In this document: positions 1 through 10,260 of the stretch, piece after piece
How positions within the stretch are numbered: the first letter of the stretch is position 1
How the letters are laid out: the number at the start of each line of letters is the position of its first letter
DNA from: an uncultured Thermotogae bacterium
GTDB lineage: Bacteria > Bipolaricaulota > Bipolaricaulia > UBA7950 > UBA9294
Direction: 5' to 3'
DNA length: 64,000 nucleotides
Assembly: GCA_964558595.1 (NCBI GenBank)
Contig: CAZLER010000008.1
Span: forward strand, 830-64,829
The notes under the pieces: model-generated
What the model was told of the DNA's origin: nothing
The model's database searches: none
The model's input: only the letters and a program-made list of their open reading frames with translations
Made by a program: the position numbers and the translations under genes

Positions 1-511
1 CGTGGGAGACCATCCCCGCCAGCTCCACGACCCGCCGCAGCTGGATCTCGCCCCAGCGACCGCGCGCGGTCGGCGATTTGAGCGCCTGTTCGAGCGAGAC
101 GGCGGTTCGCTGTAGCTGTAGTTGGGCCTCACCGAGGGTGCGCAGCTGCTCTCCGAGCTTGCCGTACGCGCCCTCACGCTTGGTCTCGAGCGTCCGAACC
201 TGCTGGTCCATCGCGTCGAGCTTCTGGGCTAGCGGGTCGACGAGCGTCTTCAACTCCTTCTCGGCGCGCGTGAGGTACTGCTGCGCGTTGCTGGACAGCG
301 ACTGACTGGCGAGAGCGGTGAACGCCTCACGCAGCTTCCCCTCGGCATGCTCGGTCCAGGCGACCTTCTCTCGCTCGGAGCGAAGCTCACCCTCCAGCTG
401 CGCGTTGGCGATCCGCAATTCGGAGGCCCGCTGTCCCTCGCGAATATGGGCGATGGCCCAACCGAGCCCCAGGCCGGCGATCAGTCCGATCATCAGGTAG
501 ATCCACTCCAT
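1..511 (-). CDS. rmuC: DNA recombination protein RmuC, N-terminal part (gene runs out of the window at position 1)
   Basis: Manual minus-strand translation from ATG at 511-509 gives MEWIYLMIGLIAGLGLGWAIAHIREGQRASELRIANAQLEGELRSEREKVAWTEH...GRWGEIQLRRVVELAGMVSH with no stop to position 1: N-terminal TM helix plus long coiled coil typical of RmuC. SD-like GGAAGGG sits 7 nt upstream. Not in the ORF track because it is open at the window edge. Confidence 0.8.
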   Translation of the reverse strand, partial: MEWIYLMIGLIAGLGLGWAIAHIREGQRASELRIANAQLEGELRSEREKVAWTEHAEGKLREAFTALASQSLSSNAQQYLTRAEKELKTLVDPLAQKLDAMDQQVRTLETKREGAYGKLGEQLRTLGEAQLQLQRTAVSLEQALKSPTARGRWGEIQLRRVVELAGMVSH

Positions 512-625
512 GATCGATCCCTTCCGGGCTGTTTGCCCTTCGGCCTGCCGCGCGCATCGGCGGCCGATCCGGACGCGGAGCACGTGGCGGTTCGATACTA
601 GGGTATCCGGCGGCGCGGCCGCGGC

Positions 626-1627
626 TCAAGCGGATGTTGAGCGCAGATCGAGGGTGCCGGTCTCGCCGGTGGTCCCGCGCAGGTAGTATCCACGGATTCC
701 ATCGATCCGCAGGAGCACGTAGTCGGGATCGGAGGGACCGTCCGGCCAGTCGTCCTTCCAATCGTCTTGCCATAGCTTCCGTTCGCGGTCGGCATCGACC
801 ACGACATGTGCCTCCCCGTGAATCGACGCGTAGTTGAACCGCGTCGAATCGACGAAGACGACGGTCACGTACGGGTTCGCCTCGATTTGAGCCACCTTCT
901 GCGATGCACGAGAGGTGGCGAACCACAGCGAGTTCCCTTCGCGTGCGGCGAGCAGCATCGGCCGCGACCAGGGGAAGCCGTCGTCGCCCAAGGTGATGAG
1001 CAACGGGTAGGGGAGCGCGTCGACGATCCGCCAGAACGTCTGTGCCCCGGCAGCGCCGGTGACGGTGGCGTCGAGCGCATCCTGCGTGGGAAACACGATC
1101 GGATCGTCGAGGGCGAACGTTCGCACCACGTCCTCGACAAGGGTGTCCCGGACCAGGAGGATGGGAACGACGTCGGCCGCCAGGAGGCGGCGGACGGCGG
1201 CTGCATGGCCCTCGCCGTCGAGCTCGAGGCGGCCGACCTCGTCGACGAACACGACGTCCGCCGAGTCGAGGGCCGACGTGACGGCCCGCTTGGCGACGGC
1301 CAGGCCGCGCTCGCTGACGAAGAACCGCCCCACGGCTACACTCCCGATTCCGGGATCGAGGCTGGCGAACGGGTGGGTCGTATTGGTGGCCAGATCGATG
1401 AGCGAATAGCCCACCGTCGCATCGCCGTCGAGCACGCGCGGCGCGAGGAACCCGCCGACACGAACACTGGATTGGCGGAGCAACGACAACAGACGCAGCC
1501 CGGTGGAGGTCTTCCCCGCCGCGATCCCTCCGGTGAGCAACACCGCTCGGAGGGGAGTCCGCCCCTGGACGACCGCGAGAACGCGATCGAGCAGTCCCTT
1601 CAACGGGGAGGTCCGTCGCGGCTCCAT
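626..1627 (-). CDS. Fusion protein: P-loop NTPase (THEP1/DUF2478-like, GIAAGKTS Walker A) N-terminal domain plus pyridoxamine-5'-phosphate-oxidase-like FMN-binding split-barrel C-terminal domain
   Basis: ORF 626..1798 minus. Start placed at internal Met (MEPRRTSPLKGLLDRVLAVV...) at 1627 so the gene does not overlap the upstream PLP gene; stop TAG of the upstream gene is 5 nt before this ATG. Walker A LLTGGIAAGKTS and Walker B-like VVFVDEVG; C-terminal half ...LWFATSRASQKVAQIEANPYVTVVFVD...HGEAHVVVDADRERKLW matches the PNPOx/general-stress-protein-26 fold. Confidence 0.6.
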   Translation of the reverse strand: MEPRRTSPLKGLLDRVLAVVQGRTPLRAVLLTGGIAAGKTSTGLRLLSLLRQSSVRVGGFLAPRVLDGDATVGYSLIDLATNTTHPFASLDPGIGSVAVGRFFVSERGLAVAKRAVTSALDSADVVFVDEVGRLELDGEGHAAAVRRLLAADVVPILLVRDTLVEDVVRTFALDDPIVFPTQDALDATVTGAAGAQTFWRIVDALPYPLLITLGDDGFPWSRPMLLAAREGNSLWFATSRASQKVAQIEANPYVTVVFVDSTRFNYASIHGEAHVVVDADRERKLWQDDWKDDWPDGPSDPDYVLLRIDGIRGYYLRGTTGETGTLDLRSTSA

Positions 1628-1632
1628 GCAGG

Positions 1633-3114
<1,482 letters not shown>

Positions 3115-3213
3115 CGTGCCTCCTGCATGCAGTGGATTGTCTGGCGGCTCCGGCAATGCTATCATGCTGCTTGGCCGGATTCCAGCAACGCCGTTAGGAA
3201 GGGGGATCCATCG

Positions 3214-4614
3214 ATTCGGGCGCATGAACTCGTGGTTCGCGGGGGGACGATCGTCACGCCATGGTCGGTGATCTCGGCCGATGTCGGGATCGACGGGGGG
3301 ACGATCCGGGAAATCGCTCCGGACCTGACCGGCGAGCGGTCGGTGGAGGCAGACGGCAAGATCGTCCTTCCCGGTGTCATCGACGCGCACACCCACATGG
3401 CGTTGCCGGTCGGCGGCACCCGCTCCAGTGACGATTTTGCCTCCGGCACCATGGCGGCTGCCTCCGGAGGTGTCACGACGATCATCGACTTCACCGTCGG
3501 CTCGTCCGACAAGTCGATCCCTGAGGGGATCGAGCGCCGGCTCCAGGAGGTTGATGACGCGATCGTCGACGTCGCGCTGCATGCGGAGGTCATCGGTTGG
3601 CAACCCGGTGCAGAGGAGGAGTTCGAGGAGGCGATCCGGCGGGGGGTCACCAGCTTCAAGTTCTACACGGCGTACGAGGCGTCCGGACGTCGGACGCCGC
3701 CAGCGGTCATGAAGCGGGCATTCGAAGCGCTGGCCGAGCTCGGTGGCACCGCTCTCGTTCACTGCGAGGACGAGGGGCTGATCCGATCGATCACCGAGGG
3801 CTTGACGGCCGATGAGATGGCGGAGATGGCGACGCTGGCAACCGCCCGGCCCGATCTCTGCGAGGGGTCAGCGGTATCGCAGGTCGGGCGACTGGCGGAG
3901 GTTACGGGATGCCCTGTCCACATCGTGCATGTCAGTTCGGCATTGGGCTTGGCAGCGGTCCGGGAGGCCAGAGGACGCGGGGCGCGGCTGACCGGGGAAA
4001 CCTGCCCACAGTATCTGGTGCTGTCCGCGGGCTGCTACGATCGGATGGACGGCCACCTGTTTGCTGCGGCACCGCCGTTGCGCACCGATGCCGACCAGCG
4101 CGCCTTGTGGAAGGGTCTGCGACGGGCGGAGTTGGACATGATCGCCACCGACCATTGTCCGTTCACCCGCGAGCAGAAGCGGTGGCGGGGCTCGTTCGCC
4201 GATCTTCCGTATGGGTTGCCCGGCGTGGAGACCCTCCTTCCGCTGGTGTATTCGGAAGGGGTGGGCCACGGGCGGCTGCATCTTCCCGACCTCGCGAGGC
4301 TCCTCTCCGAGGGGCCTGCCCGGGTTCACGGCCTGTATCCACGCAAGGGTACGGTGGAGGTCGGATCCGATGCCGATCTCGTGGTCTTCGATCCCGACGC
4401 GACGTGGGAGGTGCGCGCCGCGGGCCTGCACATGAATACCGACTTCTCTCCCTACGAGGGGTGGTCGGTCACCGGGCGCGTCGTCGCCACCATCGCCCGC
4501 GGGGAGGTCGTCTACCGTGACGATGACGTTGTGGCGTCGCGCGGACGGGGGCGGTTTCTGTTCCGGGAGCCACGCGCGCCGGGAAGAGGGCATGATGGGT
4601 CTCCAGGCGCCTAG
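3214..4614 (+). CDS. Cyclic amidohydrolase of the dihydropyrimidinase/hydantoinase family
   Basis: ORF 2953..4614. Conserved N-terminus begins at ...IRAHELVVRGGTIVTPW. Metal-binding DAHTHM motif, carboxylated-lysine region SFKFYTAYEA, later HCEDE and ATDHCPF motifs typical of hydantoinase/DHPase. No ATG/GTG/TTG at the expected position: candidate ATT at 3214 (SD GGAAGGGGG ends 8 nt upstream), or GTG 3232, or ATG 3127 (which would leave only 12 bp to the divergent gene). Start uncertain. Confidence 0.75.
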   Translation: MRAHELVVRGGTIVTPWSVISADVGIDGGTIREIAPDLTGERSVEADGKIVLPGVIDAHTHMALPVGGTRSSDDFASGTMAAASGGVTTIIDFTVGSSDKSIPEGIERRLQEVDDAIVDVALHAEVIGWQPGAEEEFEEAIRRGVTSFKFYTAYEASGRRTPPAVMKRAFEALAELGGTALVHCEDEGLIRSITEGLTADEMAEMATLATARPDLCEGSAVSQVGRLAEVTGCPVHIVHVSSALGLAAVREARGRGARLTGETCPQYLVLSAGCYDRMDGHLFAAAPPLRTDADQRALWKGLRRAELDMIATDHCPFTREQKRWRGSFADLPYGLPGVETLLPLVYSEGVGHGRLHLPDLARLLSEGPARVHGLYPRKGTVEVGSDADLVVFDPDATWEVRAAGLHMNTDFSPYEGWSVTGRVVATIARGEVVYRDDDVVASRGRGRFLFREPRAPGRGHDGSPGA

Positions 4615-4665
4615 CGATCATCGTCTGCGGCCGAACGCAGGACGGACAGGGAGGCAGGAGAGAAG

Positions 4666-5373
4666 ATGCCGTTCGAGAAGGTACGACCTCGCAAGGTGAC
4701 GGCGATCGCTGCCGAGCAGATCCTCGAGGCGATCCAGCGCGGCGATTACCCGTTGGGCGGCAAGCTTCCGTCCGAATTCGAGCTGGCCGAGCAGATGGGC
4801 GTGAGCCGGCCGTCGATTCGCGAGGCGCTCAGCGCGCTGCAAGCGATGGCCGTCATTGAGTCCCGCCCGGGCAGCGGCAACTATGTCATCCACATCCCAT
4901 CGACCTCCGAGGAGGACGACGCCGTCCACTTGATCGAGAGCGAAGCCGGATGCCGCGAGGTGATGGAAGCGCGGGAGGCACTTGAGCCTCCGGTCGCGGC
5001 GTTGGTGGCCCGCAAGCGGTCCTCCGCCGAGTTGTCCGAGCTCCAGGAGATCCTGAGGACGATGCACGCCTACGCGGCCGCGGATGAGTTCGAGGCGTAC
5101 CTCGACGCCGACAAGTCCTTTCACTCCGCACTGGCGGAGGCCGCGGGCAACACCTTGGTGGCGGCGGCGCTTTCCCCACTGCTCCACTCGATGGATCAGC
5201 GGGTGTATCGGGAGTTCACGCGACAGTACTACCTCAAGAACGTCGACGACCTGCAGACGGTCGCCGACCTTCATCGCGATGTGCTCGCTGCGATCGAGCG
5301 CGGCGACGAGGGCACCGCCTTCTCCAAGATGGTCGAGCACTGGACGCGGATGCGGGAGATCTGGGAAGCGTAG
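4666..5373 (+). CDS. GntR family transcriptional regulator, FadR/FCD subfamily
   Basis: N-terminal wHTH (ILEAIQRGDYPLGGKLPSEFELAEQMGVSRPSIREAL) plus C-terminal FCD-type helical domain. SD GGAGGCAGGAGAG upstream of ATG 4666. Confidence 0.85.
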   Translation: MPFEKVRPRKVTAIAAEQILEAIQRGDYPLGGKLPSEFELAEQMGVSRPSIREALSALQAMAVIESRPGSGNYVIHIPSTSEEDDAVHLIESEAGCREVMEAREALEPPVAALVARKRSSAELSELQEILRTMHAYAAADEFEAYLDADKSFHSALAEAAGNTLVAAALSPLLHSMDQRVYREFTRQYYLKNVDDLQTVADLHRDVLAAIERGDEGTAFSKMVEHWTRMREIWEA

Positions 5374-5467
5374 ACGTCGTTCAGCCTCGATTGCGATCGA
5401 CGCCACCTCGGCATCATGTCGCCGCACAAGGGCTGGGTATCGAGGAAGCCGGCCGCTTGCTGCTGAC

Positions 5468-5500
5468 TGGCCATCAAGCTATCCTACAGCTTGAGGGGCC
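5468..5500 (+). promoter_or_regulatory. Inverted repeat TCAAGCT-N7-AGCTTGA (candidate operator) downstream of the GntR gene and upstream of the M20 gene
   Basis: Perfect 7 bp arms at 5474-5480 and 5488-5494, in the least GC-rich part of a 321 bp intergenic region. Confidence 0.3.
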
Positions 5501-5697
5501 ATAGTCAGCCCAACACCAAGGCGCCGAACGCTGGGTCCGGGAGGGTTCGGAGTGACGATGTGTGTCCGATCGCGCCGACCTACCCAACAGCGCCGTGAGG
5601 AAGGGCCCGCGCGCGAGGTGTCGCATGCACTACCTGCAGACGGTTCCCCTCGGGAAGCCAGATTCCTCGCAAGCCCTTTCGCGACCAGGGAGCCACG

Positions 5698-6846
5698 ATG
5701 ACGACGTGGGAGCGCGTGTGTGCCGATGCGCGCGAGTTGGTCGAGCGTCTGATCGCCGTGCGGAGTGCCAATCCCCCCGGAAACGAGGATCGGATGGTGG
5801 AGGTGTTGTTGCCGGCGCTCGGTGACGCCGGGCTGGAGCCGATGCCGCTCCGACTGGAAGACGATCGCAGCTCGATCGTGGTCAGGATCGCGGGCGAGAC
5901 GCCGGGATCGCTGGTGCTCTGCGGCCACCTCGACACAGTGAACGCAGAACCGGAGCAGTGGACCTCCGATCCGTGGACGCCCCGACGCGACGGCGATCGG
6001 CTGTTCGGGTTGGGGGCGGCGGACATGAAGGGTGGGGTCGCCGTTCTGGTGGCGGTCATGCGAGAGCTGGGGCGCCGGGCGATCCGACCGGGTCAGGACG
6101 TGGTGCTCGTGCTGACGGCCGACGAGGAGCGGGGATATCGCGGTGCGGCCGACATCGTAGAGCGTGGGTTGCTCGACGATGCCAGGATGCTGTTGATCGC
6201 GGAGCCGACCGGCGGCCAGCCGTACATCGGGCAAAAGGGCGAGCTGTGGGTGGAATGCCGGTTTCTCGGTTGCGCGGGGCATGGTTCGATTCCGGAGTCC
6301 GGCGTGAACGCGGTCGTTCCCGCAGCGGCGTTTTGCCTTCGGCTGATCGAGGAAGCACGCAGCTTTGGAGAGGTCGAGGGACGAGGTCGGACATCGCTCA
6401 ACATCGGGAGGATTGAGGGAGGCACGCAGGTTAACATCGTCCCCGACCGGGCTCGGGTCGAGTTGGACCTCCGCGTAGGGAATGAGGAGGAGCGGAACCG
6501 CGTTCTCGGGTTGATCGAGCACGTGGGTCGCACCATGGCGTCCTCGTGGGGGGCTCGATTCGAGCACGACGTGTTCAACGATCGTGCTCCGATCTGCGAT
6601 GTGGTCGAGGATCCGGCGGTCGCGCGGTTCCTCGCACTCCACGCGCAGGTCACCGGACGATCGCAGACGCGTCGGATTGCGCCGTACTCGACGGATGCCG
6701 TGGCGATCGTCTCGCGGCTTCATGTTCCGGTAGTCATCTACGGACCCGGACGGATCGAGGATGCGCATCGTCCGGACGAGGTACTCGATCTGACCTCGTT
6801 GGACGAAGCCGTGAAGGTCATCGGGCGGTACGCCGGTCTGTCGTGA
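5698..6846 (+). CDS. M20 family metallo-amidohydrolase (ArgE/DapE/YgeY-like peptidase or deacylase)
   Basis: Motifs LCGHLDTV, GLGAADMKGG, LTADEERG and IAEPTG match the M20 metal-binding and catalytic residues; 382 aa. SD AGGGAG 5 nt upstream. Confidence 0.85.
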   Translation: MTTWERVCADARELVERLIAVRSANPPGNEDRMVEVLLPALGDAGLEPMPLRLEDDRSSIVVRIAGETPGSLVLCGHLDTVNAEPEQWTSDPWTPRRDGDRLFGLGAADMKGGVAVLVAVMRELGRRAIRPGQDVVLVLTADEERGYRGAADIVERGLLDDARMLLIAEPTGGQPYIGQKGELWVECRFLGCAGHGSIPESGVNAVVPAAAFCLRLIEEARSFGEVEGRGRTSLNIGRIEGGTQVNIVPDRARVELDLRVGNEEERNRVLGLIEHVGRTMASSWGARFEHDVFNDRAPICDVVEDPAVARFLALHAQVTGRSQTRRIAPYSTDAVAIVSRLHVPVVIYGPGRIEDAHRPDEVLDLTSLDEAVKVIGRYAGLS

Positions 6847-6909
6847 ACGACCGGGGACACCTTGTGGAAAGCTGGAAGCGAGAAAGGAAGCATGGGAAAC
6901 GGAGGTCGT

Positions 6910-7863
6910 ATGAGCGAACAGAAGAAGACGGTCGTCGTCGCCCTGGGTGGGAATGCCATTCTGCAGCCGGGCCAGCGCGGGACATTCGAGGAGCAGATGC
7001 ACAACGTCTGGATGACCTGCGAGCAGCTGGTGCGGATGGTCCAATCGGGTCAATACAAGATCGTGGTCACGCACGGCAACGGACCCCAGGTGGGCAACAT
7101 CCTGCTACAAAACGAAGCCTCTCGGGATGTCGCCGAGCCGATGCCTCTGTTCATCTGCGGAGCGGAGAGCCAAGGGTTGATCGGGTTCATGATCCAGCAG
7201 AACCTGGGCAATCTGCTTGCCGCGCATGGCAAGGGCGACGTGCCGATTGCCACGGTGGTCACGCAGGTGGTGGTCGGCAAGGACGATCCGGCGTTCACCA
7301 ATCCGTCGAAACCGGTCGGGCCGTTCTACGGCGAGGAAGAAGCCCGTGGGCTCGAGACCGAAAAGGGGTACGACGTGCGGGAAGACGCCGGACGGGGATG
7401 GCGGCGCGTCGTGCCGTCGCCCGATCCGATCGAGATTGCCGAGAAGGCATCGATCCGTCAGCTCGTCGAGGGCCGGGTCATCGTGATCGCCTCGGGCGGA
7501 GGGGGGATCCCGGTCGTCCGTGAGGACGGAGGGCTCAAGGGGGTCGATGCGGTGATCGACAAGGATCTTGCCGGTGAACGGCTGGCGGTTGACGTGAACG
7601 CCTCGATCTTCATGGTCCTCACCGATGTGGACAGCGTGTGCCTCCACTACAAGACCCCCGACGAGCAGGCGATTCCGCGCATGACCGTGGACGAAGCGAA
7701 GCGATACCAGGCCGAGGGACAGTTCGCCAAAGGCTCGATGGAGCCCAAGGTGCGCGCCGCGATCCGGTTCATCGAAGGCGGCGGCGAGCGTGCGATCATC
7801 ACCTCGCTGGGCAAGGCGTACGACGCGCTGGAAGGAAACGCCGGAACGACGATTACCGCATAG
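6910..7863 (+). CDS. arcC: Carbamate kinase (amino-acid kinase family, ArcC/YqeA-like)
   Basis: ORF 6862..7863 trimmed to ATG 6910 (SD GGAGG 4 nt upstream). MSEQKKTVVVALGGNAIL N-terminus, THGNGPQVG, and C-terminal ...IITSLGKAYDALEGNAGTTI are typical of carbamate kinases. Confidence 0.85.
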   Translation: MSEQKKTVVVALGGNAILQPGQRGTFEEQMHNVWMTCEQLVRMVQSGQYKIVVTHGNGPQVGNILLQNEASRDVAEPMPLFICGAESQGLIGFMIQQNLGNLLAAHGKGDVPIATVVTQVVVGKDDPAFTNPSKPVGPFYGEEEARGLETEKGYDVREDAGRGWRRVVPSPDPIEIAEKASIRQLVEGRVIVIASGGGGIPVVREDGGLKGVDAVIDKDLAGERLAVDVNASIFMVLTDVDSVCLHYKTPDEQAIPRMTVDEAKRYQAEGQFAKGSMEPKVRAAIRFIEGGGERAIITSLGKAYDALEGNAGTTITA

Positions 7864-7937
7864 CCACGACGACGGGGATCGACCTCCGGTTGTTGCAGGA
7901 GCGCAGGAAGGACTACAGAGATGGAAGGAGCCAAACC

Positions 7938-8975
7938 ATGTCGAATACGACCCTGAGAGGGCGAGACTTCATCACGTGGCTCGACTTCTCGCGCGACGAG
8001 ATCGACGCCATGCTGGACGTGGCGCATGACTTGAAGCGGCGGTTCATCCGTCGCGAACCGCACAAGCTGCTCGAGGGACAGACGCTCCACATGCTGTTCT
8101 ACAATACCTCACTGCGGACCCGCAATTCGTTCGAAGCGGGAATGACGCACCTGGGCGGCCACGCGCACTTCCTCCAGCCGGGGGCCGTGTACACGCCGGC
8201 GCTCAAGGGCGAGGAGGTCGCATATTCCACCGAGCGGATCAGCGACGTTGCTCGCGTGCTGGCGGAGATGGGCGACGCGATCGCGATCCGTATCTACGGG
8301 AAGCCGACCGGCTGGGAATACGGCAAGGGGGATCGGATCGTGCGCGAGTTCGCCGAATGGTCGAAGGTCCCGGTGATCAATATGGAAGACGACATGTATC
8401 ATCCGTGCCAAGCGCTCGCCGATGTGATGACGATGCAGGAGAAGCTAGGGCACGACCTGCAGGGCAAGAAGTTCGTCATGAGCTGGGCGTACTCGGGGTC
8501 GGTGGCGAAGCCGCTGGCGGTGCCACAGTCGGCGATTGTGTCGGCGGCGATGATGGGGATGGACGTGACGCTGGCGCATCCGGAGGGGTTGGATCTCGAT
8601 CCGAAGATCCTCGACGCGACGGGCAAACTCGCCGCGAAGCACGGCGGCGCGTTCAAGATCTCGCACGACATGGATGCCTCGTTCGAGGGTGCCGACGTGG
8701 TCTACCCCAAGGCGTGGACCGTGCAGCCGACCGACGGATCGGGTGTGCTCGACGAGGAGAAGGCCAAGCAGGTGTTCGAGGCGAACAAGCATTGGATCTG
8801 CACGCCGGAGAAGATGGCCCGGACTCGCGATGCCATCTATATGCACTGTCTTCCGGCCGACCGGGACATGGAGGTGACCGACGACGTCATCGATGGCCCG
8901 AACTCGGTGATCATCGAAGAAGCCGCCAATCGGCTCCATGCGCAGAAGGGCATGATGGCGCTGATCATGGCATAG
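7938..8975 (+). CDS. Carbamoyltransferase, YgeW-like (Asp/Orn transcarbamylase fold; substrate unknown), paralog 1
   Basis: ORF 7638..8975 trimmed to ATG 7938 (SD GGAAGGAG 7 nt upstream). CP-binding SLRTR (STRTR variant), HPCQ and HCLP motifs present, but the ornithine-binding DxxxSMG motif is replaced (FVMSWAYSGS). Confidence 0.8.
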   Translation: MSNTTLRGRDFITWLDFSRDEIDAMLDVAHDLKRRFIRREPHKLLEGQTLHMLFYNTSLRTRNSFEAGMTHLGGHAHFLQPGAVYTPALKGEEVAYSTERISDVARVLAEMGDAIAIRIYGKPTGWEYGKGDRIVREFAEWSKVPVINMEDDMYHPCQALADVMTMQEKLGHDLQGKKFVMSWAYSGSVAKPLAVPQSAIVSAAMMGMDVTLAHPEGLDLDPKILDATGKLAAKHGGAFKISHDMDASFEGADVVYPKAWTVQPTDGSGVLDEEKAKQVFEANKHWICTPEKMARTRDAIYMHCLPADRDMEVTDDVIDGPNSVIIEEAANRLHAQKGMMALIMA

Positions 8976-9233
8976 GACGAGCTGCCGAGGAGATCACTGC
9001 GGAGGACGCAGCGGGCGCCGAGGAAGGTCGGGAGGAAACGGAGAGCTAGCCGATGACGTCACAAGAGGGTGATGAACATGTGTTGCACTCCGCGCTCTGC
9101 GGTGGAGGCTGATACGGGGAACCGGAGGAGCCGACGCACCGAGTTCATGAGCGGCATCTTGTCCGTACCGTTGCCAACGGCTCCCCGAAGCCCGGTCTAC
9201 GCTCTGTAGTAGGGTAGCGGAAAAGGAGGTCAG

Positions 9234-10259
9234 ATGAGTTGGTACGACCTGACGGGAAAGGATCTGATCAGCGAGGTCGACTGGACACGTGAGGAGTACG
9301 ACATCGCGATGAAGGTCACCGATCAACTGAAAGGGTCCTACTACAGTCGGAAGCCGCACCGGACGCTGGAGGACAAGACGTTCGCCATGCTGTTCTTCGC
9401 CGGGTCGACGCGGACGCGGATGTCGTTCGAGACCGGGATGACGCAGCTCGGGGGGCACGCCCACTTCCTCAATCCCTCGACCATGCGCCTGTCGCTTGAG
9501 GACAAACCCGGAGCGGGAGAAACGGTCAAGGACACCGCCAAAGCGATGGAGCGGTTCTGCGATGGGATCGGAATCCGTCTGCTCGACGACAGCATCGACT
9601 ACTACGGGCACGGTGACGAAGTGATGCGCAAGTTCGCCGAGCACGCGGAGGTCCCGGTGATCAACATGGCCTCGGACATCAACCATCCGTGTCAGTCGCT
9701 TACCGACATCTACACGATGCACGAGAAGCTCGCGGGCGACGTCCGCGGGAGGAAGATCGTCATCATGTGGGCGTACACCCCGTGGATTCGCGGGTTGTGC
9801 TCGGTGCAGGGGACGGCATTGATCTCCGCGATGTACGGGATGGACGTGGTGGTTGCCAATCCTCCGGAGCACGATCTGGATCCCAACGTGATGCGACAGT
9901 GCCGTGACCTGGCTTCCGCTTCCGGCGGATCGTTCGAGATCTCCCACGATCTCGATCAGGCGCTCGACGGGGCGACGGTGGTGTTCCCGCGGAACTGGTT
10001 CACCCAGGATCGGTACGAAATCGGCAAGGAGAAGGAGCATGAGATCGCGCTGCAGTACAAGGATTGGTGCTACACCGCGGAGCGGCAACGCAGGCTTTGC
10101 GATCCCGGGTACCTGCTCCAGTGCATGCCGGTGGATCGGGGGCACGAAGCCGAACCGGCAGTGTGCGACAATGCGCTCTCCTGGATGTACGATCAGGCGG
10201 AGAACCGACTGCACACGCAGAAAGCGATCATGACGCTGACGATGGGAGGACGGCTGTAA
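9234..10259 (+). CDS. Carbamoyltransferase, YgeW-like, paralog 2
   Basis: STRTR and HPCQ conserved; SMG motif replaced (IVIMWAYTPW); HCLP replaced by QCMP. SD AAAGGAGG upstream; 258 bp leader region. Confidence 0.8.
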   Translation: MSWYDLTGKDLISEVDWTREEYDIAMKVTDQLKGSYYSRKPHRTLEDKTFAMLFFAGSTRTRMSFETGMTQLGGHAHFLNPSTMRLSLEDKPGAGETVKDTAKAMERFCDGIGIRLLDDSIDYYGHGDEVMRKFAEHAEVPVINMASDINHPCQSLTDIYTMHEKLAGDVRGRKIVIMWAYTPWIRGLCSVQGTALISAMYGMDVVVANPPEHDLDPNVMRQCRDLASASGGSFEISHDLDQALDGATVVFPRNWFTQDRYEIGKEKEHEIALQYKDWCYTAERQRRLCDPGYLLQCMPVDRGHEAEPAVCDNALSWMYDQAENRLHTQKAIMTLTMGGRL

Positions 10260-10260
10260 C

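Noticed and set aside
3127-3213. N-terminal extension of the hydantoinase ORF (MQWIVWRLRQCYHAAWPDSSNAVRKGDPS)
   Set aside because: Not similar to amidohydrolase N-termini, and it would leave only 12 bp between two divergent genes. Kept as an alternative start in the finding rather than annotated.
5479-7074. 531 aa minus-strand ORF
   Set aside because: Antisense to the M20 amidohydrolase and carbamate-kinase genes; GC-artefact composition; no start context.
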